From assembly GCA_002189035.1 (NCBI GenBank), contig NEEC01000329.1:1-41219 (forward strand): a DNA stretch of 41,219 bases, in the 5' to 3' direction. The translations under genes and the position numbers were made by a program. Below the pieces are notes generated by a model, which worked only from the letters and a program-made list of their open reading frames with translations, did not search any database and was not told where the DNA came from. The DNA is from Utricularia gibba. Its lineage: Eukaryota; Plantae; Magnoliophyta. Shown piece by piece: positions 26,301-40,700 of this stretch. Each line of letters opens with the position of its first letter. The first letter of the stretch is position 1.

Positions 26301-27209
26301 ATGCGAGAAAACCCATTCGCGTCGAATCGGAAGTCCGAGGTCGCATCATCGCGAACGTCGTGGCCACTTTGTGGCACAATTGAAGGGTAATATAAGGCAA
26401 TAATTCGAGCTCTGATATATTGTCGGACGACGAAGCTTCAAAACGGAAGATGACGCCCTGGAATGAGCTTCGAAACGGTGTGTCGTGCGCGTGGCTCATC
26501 ACGGTTTTCAAGATATCGATAAAAATACGGAATGGTGCACGAGGCCTGCATCAGGTGTGGGTTGGAACACAACCGTGGCATTGTAAGGGATCGCCTCAAA
26601 ACAAAAATTTCACACCTTCCAATGAAATGCATATGTTTTGCAAGCGAGAAATCACATTTGCGTCGAATTGGAAGCCCCGAGTCGCATCATCGCGAACGTC
26701 GTGGCACTTTGTGGCACAATTGAAGGCTAATATAAGGCAATAATTCGAGCTCTGATACATCGTCGGACGACGAAGCTTCAAAAACGGAAGATGACCGCCT
26801 GGAATGAGCTTCGAAACGGTGTGTCGTGTGCAACAAGGCTCATCACGGTTTTCAAGATATTTACAAAATACGGAATGGTGCACGAGGCCTGCATCAGGTG
26901 TGGGTTGGAACACAACCGTGGCATTGTAAGGGTTCGCCTCTAAAACAAAAATTTCATACCTTCCAATGAAATCCATATGTCTTGAATGCGAGAAAACCCA
27001 TTCGCGTCGAATCGGAAGTCCGAGGTCGCATCATCGCGAACGTCGTGGCCACTTTGTGGCACAATTGAAGGCTAATATAAGGCAATAATTCGAGCTCTGA
27101 TATATTGTCGAACGACAAAGCTTCAAAACGGAAGATGACCGCCTCGGAATGAGCTTCGAAACGGTGTGTCGTGTGAAACGTGGCTCATCACGGTTTTCAA
27201 GATATCGAT
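20400..27209 (+). repeat. Best-preserved higher-order repeat region (P-Q dimer ~680 bp, with some ~1020-bp trimer steps)
   Basis: The P marker (ATTTGCGTCGAAT or partial) lies at ~20540, 21226, 21882, 22560, 23244 (2-monomer steps), 24268, 25287 (3-monomer steps) and 25974, 26656 (2-monomer steps). Most are followed by Q alleles. Confidence 0.7.
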
Positions 27210-30200
27210 AAATACGGAATGGTGCACGAGGCCTGCATCAGGTGTGGGTTGGAACACAACCGTGGCATTGTAAGGGATCGCCTCTAAAACAAAAATTTCA
27301 CACCTTCCAATGAAATGCATATGTTTGAAGCGAGAAACCCATTCGCGTCGAATCGGAAGTCCGAGGTCGCATCATCGCGAACGTCGTGGCCACTTTGTGG
27401 CACAATTGAAGGCTAATATAAGGCAATAATTCGAGCTCTGATATATTGTCGGACGACGAAGCTTCAAAACGGAAGATGACCGCCTGGAATGAGCTTCGAA
27501 ACGGTGTGTCGTGTGCAACAAGGCTCATCACGGTTTTCAAGATATCAAAATACGGAATGGTGCACGGCCTGCATCAGGTGTGGGTTGGAACACAACCGTG
27601 GCATTGTAAGGGTTCGCCTCTAAACAAAAATTTCATACCTTCCAATGAAATCATATGTCTTGAAGCGAGAAAACCATTCGCGTCGAATCGGAAGTCCGAG
27701 GTCGCATCATCGCGAACGTCGTGGCCACTTTGTGGCACAATTGAAGGCTAATATAAGGCAATAATTCGAGCTCTGATATATTGTCGAACGACGAAGCTTC
27801 AAAACGGAAGATGACCGCCTCGGAATGAGCTTCGAAACGGTGTGTCGTGTGCAAAAGGCTCATCACGGTTTTCAAGATATCGACAAAATACGGAATGGTG
27901 CACGAGGCCTGCATCAGGTGTGGGTTGGAACACAACCGTGGCATTGTAAGGGATCGCCTCAAAACAAAAATTTCACACCTTCCAATGAAATGCATATGTT
28001 TTGCAAGCGAGAAATCCATTTGCGTCGAATCGGAAGCCGAGTCGCATCATCGAACGTCGTGGCCACTTTGTGGCACAATTGAAGGCTAATATAAGGCAAT
28101 AATTCGAGCTCTGATACATCGTCGGACGACGAAGCTTCAAAAACGGAAGATGACCGCTCTGGAATGAGCTTCGAAACGGTGTGTCGTGTGCAACGGGCTC
28201 ATCACGGTTTTCAAGATATTTACAAAAATACGGAATGGTGCACGAGGCCTGCATCAGGTGTGGGTTGGAACACACCGTGGCATTGTAAGGGTTCGCCTCT
28301 AAAACAAAAATTTCATACCTTCCAATGAAATCCATATGTCTTGAATGCGAGAAACCCATTCGCGTCGAATCGGAAGTCCGAGGTCGCATCATCGCGAACG
28401 TCGTGGCCACTTTGTGGCACAATTGAAGGCTAATATAAGGCAATAATTCGAGCTCTGATATATTGTCGAACGACAAAGCTTCAAAACGGAAGATGACCGC
28501 CTCGGAATGAGCTTCGAAACGGTGTGTCGTGTGCAACGGCTCATCACGGTTTTCAAGATATCGACAAAATACGGAATGGTGCACGAGGCCTGCATCAGGT
28601 GTGGGTTGGAACACAACCGTGGCATTGTAAGGGATCGCCTCAAAAACAAAAATTTCACACCTTCCAATGAAATCCATATGTTTTGAAAGCGAGAAATCCC
28701 ATTCGCGTCGAATCGGAAGTCCGAGGTCGCATCATCGCGAACGTCGTGGCCACTTTGTGGCACACAATTGAAGGCTAATATAAGGCAATAATTCGAGCTC
28801 TGATATATTGTCGGACGACGAAGCTTCAAAAACGGAAGATGACCGCCGGAATGAGCTTCGAAACGGTGTGTCGTGTGCAACGTGGCTCATCACGGTTTTC
28901 AAGATATCAAAATACGGAATGGTGCACGAGGCCTGCATCAGGTGTGGGTTGGAACACAACCGTGGCATTGTAAGGGTTCGCCTCTAAAAAAAATTTCATA
29001 CCTTCCAATGAAATCCATATGTCTTGAAGCGAGAAAACCATTCGCGTCGAATCGGAAGTCCGAGGTCGCATCATCGCGAACGTCGTGGCCACTTTGTGGC
29101 ACAATTGAAGGCTAATATAAGGCAATAATTCGAGCTCTGATATATCGTCGGACGACGAAGCTTCAAAACGGAAGATGACCGCCCTGGAATGAGCTTCGAA
29201 ACGGTGTGTCGTGTGCAACGTGGCTCATCACGGTTTTCAAGATATCGACAAAATACGGAATGGTGCACGAGGCCTGCATCAGGTGTGGGTTGGAACACAA
29301 CCGTGCATTGTAAGGGATCGCCTCAAAAAAAATTTCACACCTTCCAATGAAATGCATATGTTTTGAAGCGAGAAATCACATTCGCGTCGAATCGGAAGCC
29401 GAGTCGCATCATCGCGAACGTCGTGGCCACTTTGTGGCACAATTGAAGGCTAATATAAGGCAATAATTCGAGCTCTGATATATTGTCGGACGACGAAGCT
29501 TCAAAAACGGAAGATGACCGCCTGGAATGAGCTTCGAAACGGTGTGTCGTGTGCAACGTGGCATCACGGTTTTCAAGATATCAAAAAATACGGAATGGTG
29601 CACGAGGCCTGCATCAGGTGTGGGTTGGAACACAACCGTGGCATTGTAAGGGATCGCCTCTAAAACAAAAATTTCACACCTTCCAATGAAATCCATATGT
29701 TTTGAAGCGAGAAATCCCATTCGCGTCGAATCGGAAGTCCGAGGTCGCATCATCGCGAACGTCGTGGCCACTTTGTGGCACAATTGAAGGCTAATATAAG
29801 GCAATAATTCGAGCTCTGATATATTGTCGGACGACGAAGCTTAAAAACGGAAGATGACCGCTCGGAATGAGCTTCGAAACGGTGTGTCGTGTGCAACGTG
29901 GCTCATCACGGTTTTCAAGATATCGACAAAATACGGAATGGTGCACGAGGCCTGCATCAGGTGTGGGTTGGAACACAACCGTGGCATTGTAAGGGTTCGC
30001 CTCTAAACAAAAATTTCACCTTCCAATGAAATCCATATGTCTTGAAAGCGAGAAAACCATTCGCGTCGAATCGGAAGTCCGAGGTCGCATCATCGCGAAC
30101 GTCGTGGCCACTTTGTGGCACAATTGAAGGCTAATATAAGGCAATAATTCGAGCTCTGATATATTGTCGAACGACAAGCTTCAAAACGGAAGATGACCGC

Positions 30201-33200
30201 CTCGGAATGAGCTTCGAAACGGTGTGTCGTGTGAAACGTGGCTCATCACGGTTTTCAAGATATCGATAAAATACGGAATGGTGCACGAGGCCTGCATCAG
30301 GTGTGGGTTGGAACACAACCGTGGCATTGTAAGGGATCGCCTAAAAAACAAAATTTCACACCTTCCAATGAAATGCATATGTTTTGAAGCGAGAAATCCA
30401 TTCGCGTCGAATTGGAAGCCCCGAGTCGCATCATCGCGAACGTCGTGGCCACTTTGTGGCACAATTGAAGGCTAATATAAGGCAATAATTCGAGCTCTGA
30501 TACATCGTCGGACGACGAAGCTTCAAAAACGGAAGATGACCGCTCTGGAATGAGCTTCGAAACGGTGTGTCGTGTGCAACGTGGCTCATCACGGTTTTCA
30601 AGATATCAAAATACGGAATGGTGCACGAGGCCTGCATCAGGTGTGGGTTGGAACACACCGTGGCATTGTAAGGGATCGCCTCTAAAACAAAAATTTCACA
30701 CCTTCCAATGAAATCCATATGTTTGAAGCGAGAAAACCCATTCGCGTCGAATCGGAAGTCCGAGGTCGCATCATCGCGAACGTCGTGGCCACTTTGTGGC
30801 ACAATTGAAGGCTAATATAAGGCAATAATTCGAGCTCTGATATATTGTCGGACGACGAAGCTTCAAAACGGAAGATGACCGCCTGGAATGAGCTTCGAAA
30901 CGTGTGTCGTAAACGTGGCTCATCACGGTTTTCAAGATATCAAAATACGGAATGGTGCACGAGGCCTGCATCAGGTGTGGGTTGGAACAAACCGTGGCAT
31001 TGTAAGGGTTCGCCTCTAAAACAAAAATTTCACACCTTCCAATGAAATGCATATGTTTTGCAAGCGAGAAATCAATTTGCGTCGAATTGGAAGCCCCGAG
31101 TCGCATCATCGCGAACGTCGTGGCCACTTTGTGGCACAATTGAAGGCTAATATAAGGCAATAATTCGAGCTCTGATACATCGTCGGACGACGAAGCTTCA
31201 AAAACGGAAGATGACCGCTCTGGAATGAGCTTCGAAACGGTGTGTCGTGTGCAACAAGGCTCATCACGGTTTTCAAGATATTTACAAAATACGGAATGGT
31301 GCACGAGGCCTGCATCAGGTGTGGGTTGGAACACACCGTGGCATTGTAAGGGTTCGCCTCTAAAACAAAAATTTCATACCTTCCAATGAAATCCATATGT
31401 TTGAAGCGAGAAAACCCATTCGCGTCGAATCGGAAGTCCGAGGTCGCATCATCGCGAACGTCGTGGCCACTTTGTGGCACAATTGAAGGCTAATATAAGG
31501 CAATAATTCGAGCTCTGATATATTGTCGAACGACAAAGCTTCAAAACGGAAGATGACCGCCTCGGAATGAGCTTCGAAACGGTGTGTCGTGTGCAAACGT
31601 GGCTCATCACGGTTTTCAAGATATTTACAAAATACGGAATGGTGCACGAGGCCTGCATCAGGTGTGGGTTGGAACACAACCGTGGCATTGTAAGGGATCG
31701 CCTCAAAAAACAAAAATTTCACACCTTCCAATGAAATGCATATGTTTTGAAAGCGAGAAATCCCATTCGCGTCGAATCGGAAGTCCGAGTCGCATCATCG
31801 CGAACGTCGTGGCCACTTTGTGGCACAATTGAAGGCTAATATAAGGCAATAATTCGAGCTCTGATATATTGTCGGACGACGAAGCTTCAAAACGGAAGAT
31901 GACCGCCTGGAATGAGCTTCGAAACGGTGTGTCGTGCAACGTGGCTCATCACGGTTTTCAAGATATCGACAAAATACGGAATGGTGCACGAGGCCTGCAT
32001 CAGGTGTGGGTTGGAACACAACCGTGGCATTGTAAGGGATCGCCTCAAAACAAAAATTTCACACCTTCCAATGAAATGCATATGTTTGAAGCGAGAAAAC
32101 CATTCGCGTCGAATCGGAAGTCCGAGGTCGCATCATCGCGAACGTCGTGGCCACTTTGTGGCACAATTGAAGGCTAATATAAGGCAATAATTCGAGCTCT
32201 GATATATTGTCGAACGACGAAGCTTCAAAACGGAAGATGACCGCTCGGAATGAGCTTCGAAACGGTGTGTCGTGTGAAACGTGGCTCATCACGGTTTTCA
32301 AGATATCGAAAAATACGGAATGGTGCACGAGGCCTGCATCAGGTGTGGGTTGGAACACAACCGTGGCATTGTAAGGGTTCGCCTCTAAAACAAAAATTTC
32401 ATACCTTCCAATGAAATCCATATGTCTTGAATGCGAGAAAACCCATTCGCGTCGAATCGGAAGTCCGAGGTCGCATCATCGCGAACGTCGTGGCCACTTT
32501 GTGGCACAATTGAAGGCTAATATAAGGCAATAATTCGAGCTCTGATATATTGTCGAACGACAAAGCTTCAAAACGGAAGATGACCGCCTCGGAATGAGCT
32601 TCGAAACGGTGTGTCGTGTGCAACAAGGCTCATCACGGTTTTCAAGATATCGACAAAATACGGAATGGTGCACGAGGCCTGCATCAGGTGTGGGTTGGAA
32701 CACACCGTGGCATTGTAAGGGTTCGCCTCTAAAACAAAAATTTCACACCTTCCAATGAAATCCATATGTTTGAATGCGAGAAACCCATTCGCGTCGAATC
32801 GGAAGTCCGAGGTCGCATCATCGCGAACGTCGTGGCCACTTTGTGGCACAATTGAAGGCTAATATAAGGCAATAATTCGAGCTCTGATATATTGTCGACG
32901 ACGAAGCTTCAAAACGGAAGATGACCGCCTGGAATGAGCTTCGAAACGGTGTGTCGTGCGAAACGTGGCTCATCACGGTTTTCAAGATATCGATAAAATA
33001 CGGAATGGTGCACGAGGCCTGCATCAGGTGTGGGTTGGAACACAACCGTGGCATTGTAAGGGATCGCCTCTAAAACAAAAATTTCACACCTTCCAATGAA
33101 ATGCATATGTTTTGAAGCGAGAAATCCATTTGCGTCGAATCGGAAGTCCGAGTCGCATCATCGCGAACGTCGTGGCCACTTTGTGGCACAATTGAAGGCT

Positions 33201-35956
33201 AATATAAGGCAAATTTCGAGCTCTGATATATTGTCGGACGACGAAGCTTCAAAACGGAAGATGACCGCCTGGAATGAGCTTCGAAACGGTGTGTGTGCAA
33301 CAAGGCTCATCACGGTTTTCAAGATATTTACAAAATACGGAATGGTGCACGACTGCATCAGGTGTGGGTTGGAACACACCGTGGCATTGTAAGGGATCGC
33401 CTCTAAAACGAAAATTTTCACACCTTCCAATGAAATCCATATGTTTTGAAGCGAGAAATCCATTCGCGTCGAATCGAAGTCCGAGTCGCATCATCGCGAA
33501 CGTCGTGGCCACTTTGTGGCACAATTGAAGGCTAATATAAGGCAATAATTCGAGCTCTGATATATTGTCGGACGACGAAGCTTCAAAACGGAAGATGACC
33601 GCCCTGGAATGAGCTTCGAAACGGTGTGTCGTGCGCAACGTGGCTCATCACGGTTTTCAAGATATCGATAAAATACGGAATGGTGCACGAGGCCTGCATC
33701 AGGTGTGGGTTGGAACACAACCGTGGCATTGTAAGGGATCGCCTCAAAAACAAAAATTTCACACCTTCCAATGAAATGCATATTTTGCAAGCGAGAAATC
33801 ACATTTGCGTCGAATTGGAAGCCCGAGTCGCATCATCGCGAACGTCGTGGCCACTTTGTGGCACAATTGAAGGCTAATATAAGGCAATAATTCGAGCTCT
33901 GATACATCGTCGGACGACGAAGCTTCAAAAAACGGAAGATGACCGCCTGGAATGAGCTTCGAAACGGTGTGTCGTGTGCAACAAGGCTCATCACGGTTTT
34001 CAAGATATTTACAAAATACGGAATGGTGCACGAGGCCTGCATCAGGTGTGGGTTGGAACACAACGTGGCATTGTAAGGGTTCGCCTCTAAACAAAAATTT
34101 CATACCTTCCAATGAAATCCATATGTTTGAATGCGAGAAAACCCATTCGCGTCGAATCGGAAGTCCGAGGTCGCATCATCGCGAACGTCGTGGCCACTTT
34201 GTGGCACAATTGAAGGCTAATATAAGGCAATAATTCGAGCTCTGATATATTGTCGAACGACAAAGCTTCAAAACGGAAGATGACCGCTCGGAATGAGCTT
34301 CGAAACGGTGTGTCGTGTGCAACGTGGCTCATCACGGTTTTCAAGATATCGACAAAATACGGAATGGTGCACGAGGCCTGCATCAGGTGTGGGTTGGAAC
34401 ACACCGTGGCATTGTAAGGGATCGCCTAAAACAAAAATTTCACACCTTCCAATGAAATCCATATGTCTTGAAAGCGAGAAATCCCATTCGCGTCGAATCG
34501 GAAGTCCGAGGTCGCATCATCGCGAACGTCGTGGCCACTTTGTGGCACAATTGAAGGCTAATATAAGGCAATAATTCGAGCTCTGATACATCGTCGGACG
34601 ACGAAGCTTCAAAAACGGAAGATGACCGCCTGGAATGAGCTTCGAAACGGTGTGTCGTGCAAACGTGGCTCATCACGGTTTTCAAGATATCGACAAAATA
34701 CGGAATGGTGCACGAGGCCTGCATCAGGTGTGGGTTGGAACACACCGTGGCATTGTAAGGGATCGCCTCTAAAACGAAAAATTTCACACCTTCCAATGAA
34801 ATGCATATGTTTTGAAGCGAGAAATCCCATTCGCGTCGAATCGGAAGTCCGAGGTCGCATCATCGCGAACGTCGTGGCCACTTTGTGGCACAATTGAAGG
34901 CTAATATAAGGCAATAATTCGAGCTCTGATATATTGTCGAACGACGAAGCTTCAAAACGGAAGATGACCGCTCGGAATGAGCTTCGAAACGGTGTGTCGT
35001 GCGAAACGTGGCTCATCACGGTTTTCAAGATATCGAAAAATACGGAATGGTGCACGAGGCCTGCATCAGGTGTGGGTTGGAACACAACCGTGGCATTGTA
35101 AGGGATCGCCTCAAAAACAAAAATTTCACACCTTCCAATGAAATGCATATTTTGAAGCGAGAAATCCATTTGCGTCGAATTGGAAGCCCGAGTCGCATCA
35201 TCGCGAACGTCGTGGCCACTTTGTGGCACAATTGAAGGCTAATATAAGGCAATAATTCGAGCTCTGATACATCGTCGGACGACGAAGCTTCAAAACGGAA
35301 GATGACCGCTCTGGAATGAGCTTCGAAACGGTGTGTCGTGTGCAACGTGGCTCATCACGGTTTTCAAGATATTTACAAAATACGGAATGGTGCACGAGGC
35401 CTGCATCAGGTGTGGGTTGGAACACAACCGTGGCATTGTAAGGGTTCGCCTCTTAAACAAAAATTTCATACCTTCCAATGAAATCCATATGTTTGAAGCG
35501 AGAAAACCCATTCGCGTCGAATCGGAAGTCCGAGGTCGCATCATCGCGAACGTCGTGGCCACTTTGTGGCACAATTGAAGGCTAATATAAGGCAATAATT
35601 CGAGCTCTGATATATTGTCGGACGACAAGCTTCAAAACGGAAGATGACCGCCTGGAATGAGCTTCGAAACGGTGTGTCGTGCGCAACGTGGCTCATCACG
35701 GTTTTAAGATATCGACAAAATACGGAATGGTGCACGAGGCCTTCATCAGGTGTGGGTTGGAACACACCCGTGGCATTGTAAGGATCGCCTAAAACGAAAA
35801 TTTCACACCTTCCAATGAAATCCATATGTTTGAAGCGAGAAATCCCATTCGCGTCGAATCGGAAGTCCGAGGTCGCATCATCGCGAACGTCGTGGCCACT
35901 TTGTGGCACAATTGAAGGTAATATAAGGCAATAATTCGAGCTCTGATATATTGTCG

Positions 35957-36000
35957 TTTTTCCCGAATTAATTGAAACAATTGAACTCGAGCTCTGATAC
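35957..36000. other. Array discontinuity: short non-monomer insert plus garbled partial duplication
   Basis: After ...ctctgatatattgtcg the sequence reads tttttcccgaattaattgaaacaattgaactcgagctctgatac. It re-enters the monomer upstream of where it left (acaattgaa, then tcgagctctgatac) and is followed by several deletions up to ~36045. Confidence 0.85.
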
Positions 36001-37102
36001 GTTCAAACGGAAGATGACCGAATGAGCTTCGAAACGTGTGTCGAAACGTGGCTCATCACGGTTTTCAAGATATCGATAAAATACGGAATGGTGCACGAGG
36101 CCTGCATCAGGTGTGGGTTGGAACACAACTGGCATTGTAAGGGATCGCCTCTAAAACGAAAATTTCACACCTTCCAATGAAATCCATATGTTTGAAAGCG
36201 AGAAATCCCATTCGCGTCGAATCGGAAGTCCGAGGTCGCATCATCGCGAACGTCGTGGCCACTTTGTGGCACAATTGAAGGCTAATATAAGGCAATAATT
36301 CGAGCTCTGATACATCGTCGGACGACGAAGCTTCAAAACGGAAGATGACCGCCTCGAATGAGCTTCGAAACGGTGTGTCGTGCGCAACGTGGCTCATCAC
36401 GGTTTTCAAGATATCGACAAAATACGGAATGGTGCACGAGGCCTGCATCAGGTGTGGGTTGGAACACACCGTGGCATTGTAAGGGATCGCCTCTAAAACA
36501 AAAATTTCACACCTTCCAATGAAATCCATATGTCTTGAAAGCGAGAAATCCCATTCGCGTCGAATCGGAAGTCCGAGGTCGCATCATCGCGAACGTCGTG
36601 GCCACTTTGTGGCACAATTGAAGGGTAATATAAGGCAATAATTCGAGCTCTGATATATGTCGGACGACGAAGCTTCAAAAAGGAAGATGACCGCCCTGAA
36701 TGAGCTTCGAAACGGTGTGTCGTGCGAAACGTGGCTCATCACGGTTTTCAAGATATCGACAAAATACGGAATGGTGCACGAGGCCTGCATCAGGTGTGGT
36801 TGGAACACAACCGTGGCATTGTAAGGGATCGCCTCTAAAACGAAAATTTCACACCTTCCAATGAAATGCATATGTTTTGCAAGCGAGAAATCCATTTGCG
36901 TCGAATCGGAAGCCCCGAGTCGCATCATCGCGAACGTCGTGGCCACTTTGTGGCACAATTGAAGGGTAATATAAGGCAATAATTCGAGCTCTGATATATT
37001 GTCGACGACGAAGCTTCAAAACGGAAGATGACCGCCTCGGAATGAGCTTCGAAACGGTGTGTCGTGCGAAACGTGGCTCATCACGGTTTTCAAGATATCG
37101 AT

Positions 37103-37445
37103 AAAATACGGAATGGTGCACGAGGCCTGCATCAGGTGTGGGTTGGAACACAACCGTGGCATTGTAAGGGATCGCCTCAAAAACAAAAATTTCACACCTT
37201 CCAATGAAATGCATATGTTTGCAAGCGAGAAATCACATTTGCGTCGAATTGGAAGCCCCGAGTCGCATCATCGTACGTCGTGGCCACTTTGTGGCACAAT
37301 TGAAGGCTAATATAAGGCAATAATTCGAGCTCTGATACATCGTCGGACGACGAAGCTTCAAAAACGGAAGATGACCGCTCTGGAATGAGCTTCGAAACGG
37401 TGTGTCGTGTGCAACAAGGCTCATCACGGTTTTCAAGATATTTAC
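37103..37445 (+). repeat. Representative monomer type P
   Basis: Carries the linked alleles gaaatGcat, ttgCaagc, aaatCACattTgcg, gaatTggaagCCCC, gataCatC, ttcAAAAAcgg, gaccgcTCtgg, gtgTgcaacAAggc and gatatTTac. About 35-39 monomers carry the full or partial P segment. Confidence 0.8.
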
Positions 37446-37785
37446 AAAATACGGAATGGTGCACGAGGCCTGCATCAGGTGTGGGTTGGAACACAACCGT
37501 GGCATTGTAAGGGTTCGCCTCTAAAACAAAAATTTCATACCTTCCAATGAAATCCATATGTTTGAATGCGAGAAAACCATTCGCGTCGAATCGGAAGTCC
37601 GAGGTCGCATCATCGCGAACGTCGTGGCCACTTTGTGGCACAATTGAAGGCTAATATAAGGCAATAATTCGAGCTCTGATATATTGTCGACGACAAAGCT
37701 TCAAACGGAAGATGACCGCCTCGGAATGAGCTTCGAAACGGTGTGTCGTGCGCAACGTGGCTCATCACGGTTTCAAGATATCGAT
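37446..37785 (+). repeat. Representative monomer type Q (follows P)
   Basis: Carries gggTtcgcctcT, tttcaTacc, gaaatCcat, gaaTgcg, gagaaaAcc, gataTatT, gacAaag, gaccgccTCgg and gatatcgaT. Another clean Q copy is at 26865-27209. Confidence 0.8.
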
Positions 37786-40700
37786 AAAATACGGAATGGT
37801 GCACGAGGCCTGCATCAGGTGTGGGTTGGAACACACACGTGGCATTGTAAGGGATCGCCTCAAAACGAAAATTTCACACCTTCCAATGAAATGCATATGT
37901 CTTGAAGCGAGAAAACCCATTCGCGTCGAATCGGAAGTCCGAGGTCGCATCATCGAACGTCGTGGCCACTTTGTGGCACAATTGAAGGCTAATATAAGGC
38001 AATAATTCGAGCTCTGATATATTGTCGGACGACGAAGCTTCCAAAACGGAAGATGACCGCCTCGGAATGAGCTTCGAAACGGTGTGTCGTGCGAAACGTG
38101 GCTCATCACGGTTTTCAAGATATCGATAAAATACGGAATGGTGCACGAGGCCTGCATCAGGTGTGGGTTGGAACACAACGTGCATTGTAAGGGATCGCCT
38201 CAAAACAAAAATTTCACACCTTCCAATGAAATGCATATGTTTGAAGCGAGAAATCCATTTGCGTCGAATTGGAAGTCCGAGTCGCATCATCGCGAACGTC
38301 GTGGCCACTTTGTGGCACAATTGAAGGCTAATATAAGGCAATAATTCGAGCTCTGATACATCGTCGGACGACGAAGCTTCAAAAACGGAAGATGACCGCT
38401 CTGGAATGAGCTTCGAAACGGTGTGTCGTGTGCAACAAGGCTCATCACGGTTTTCAAGATATTTACAAAATACGGAATGGTGCACGAGGCCTGCATCAGG
38501 TGTGGGTTGGAACACAACCGTGGCATTGTAAGGGTTCGCCTCTAAAACAAAAATTTCACACCTTCCAATGAAATCCATATGTTTTGAAGCGAGAAATCCC
38601 ATTCGCGTCGAATCGGAAGTCCGAGGTCGCATCATCGCGAACGTCGTGGCCACTTTGTGGCACAATTGAAGGCTAATATAAGGCAATAATTCGAGCTCTG
38701 ATATATTGTCGAACGACAAAGCTTCAAAACGGAAGATGACCGCCTCGGAATGAGCTTCGAAACGGTGTGTCGTGCGCAACGTGGCTCATCACGGTTTCAA
38801 GATATCGATAAAATACGGAATGGTGCACGAGGCCTGCATCAGGTGTGGGTTGGAACACACCGTGGCATTGTAAGGGATCGCCTCTAAAACGAAAATTTCA
38901 CACCTTCCAATGAAATGCATATGTTTGAAAGCGAGAAATCCCATTCGCGTCGAATCGGAAGTCCGAGGTCGCATCATCGCGAACGTCGTGGCCACTTTTG
39001 TGGCACAATTGAAGGCTAATATAAGGCAATAATTCGAGCTCTGATATATTGTCGGACGACGAAGCTTCAAAACGGAAGATGACCGCCTCGGAATGAGCTT
39101 CGAAACGGTGTGTCGTGCGAAACGTGGCTCATCACGGTTTTCAAGATATCGAAAAAATACGGAATGGTGCACGAGGCCTGCATCAGGTGTGGGTTGGAAC
39201 ACAACCGTGGCATTGTAAGGGATCGCCTCAAAAAACAAAAATTTCACACCTTCCAATGAAATGCATATGTTTTGAAGCGAGAAATCCATTTGCGTCGAAT
39301 CGGAAGCCCGAGTCGCATCATCGCGAACGTCGTGGCCACTTTTGGGCACAATTGAAGGCTAATATAAGGCAATAATTCGAGCTCTGATACATCGTCGGAC
39401 GACGAAGCTTCAAAAACGGAAGATGACCGCTCTGGAATGAGCTTCGAAACGGTGTGTCGTGTGCAACAAGGCTCATCACGGTTTTCAAGATATTTACAAA
39501 ATACGGAATGGTGCACGAGGCCTGCATCAGGTGTGGGTTGGAACACAACCGTGGCATTGTAAGGGTTCGCCTCTAAACAAAAATTTCATACCTTCCAATG
39601 AAATCCATATGTCTTGAATGCGAGAAAACCCATTCGCGTCGAATCGGAAGTCCCGAGGTCGCATCATCGCGAACGTCGTGGCCACTTTGTGGCACAATTG
39701 AAGGGTAATATAAGGCAATAATTCGAGCTCTGATATATCGTCGGACGACAAAGCTTCAAAACGGAAGATGACCGCCTCGAAATGAGCTTCGAAACGGTGT
39801 GTCGTGCGCAACGTGGCTCATCACGGTTTTCAAGATATCGACAAAATACGGAATGGTGCACGAGGCCTGCATCAGGTGTGGGTTGGAACACACGCATTGT
39901 AAGGGATCGCCTCAAAACAAAATTTCACACCTTCCAATGAAATGCATATGTTTTGCAAGCGAGAAAACCATTTGCGTCGAATCGGAAGTCCCGAGTCGCA
40001 TCATCGCGAACGTCGTGGCCACTTTGTGGCACAATTGAAGGCTAATATAAGGCAATAATTCGAGCTCTGATACATCGTCGGACGACGAAGCTTCAAAACG
40101 AAGATGAGCTTCGAAACGGTGTGTTGCGAAACGTGGCTCATCACGGTTTTCAAGATATCGACAAAACGGAATGGTGCACGAGGCCTGCATCAGGTGTGGG
40201 TTGGAACACAACCGTGGCATTGTAAGGGTTCGCCTCTAAAACAAAAATTTCATACCTTCCAATGAATCCATATGTCTTGAATGCGAGAAAACCCATTCGC
40301 GTCGAATCGGAAGTCCGAGGTCGCATCATCGCGAACGTCGTGGCCACTTTGTGGCACAATTGAAGGCTAATATAAGGCAATAATTCGAGCTCTGATATAT
40401 TGTCGGACGACGAAGCTTCCAAAACGGAATGACCGCCTCGGAATGAGCTTCGAAACGGTGTGTCGTGCGAAACGTGGCTCATCACGGTTTTCAAGATATC
40501 GACAAAATACGGAATGGTGCACGAGGCCTGCATCAGTGTGGGTTGGAACACACCGTGGCATTGTAAGGGATCGCCTCTAAAACGAAATTTCATACCTTCC
40601 AATGAAATCCATATGTCTTGAATCGAGAAATCCATTCGCGTCGAATCGGAAGTCCGAGGTCGCATCATCGCGAACGTCGTGGCCACTTTGTGGCACAATT

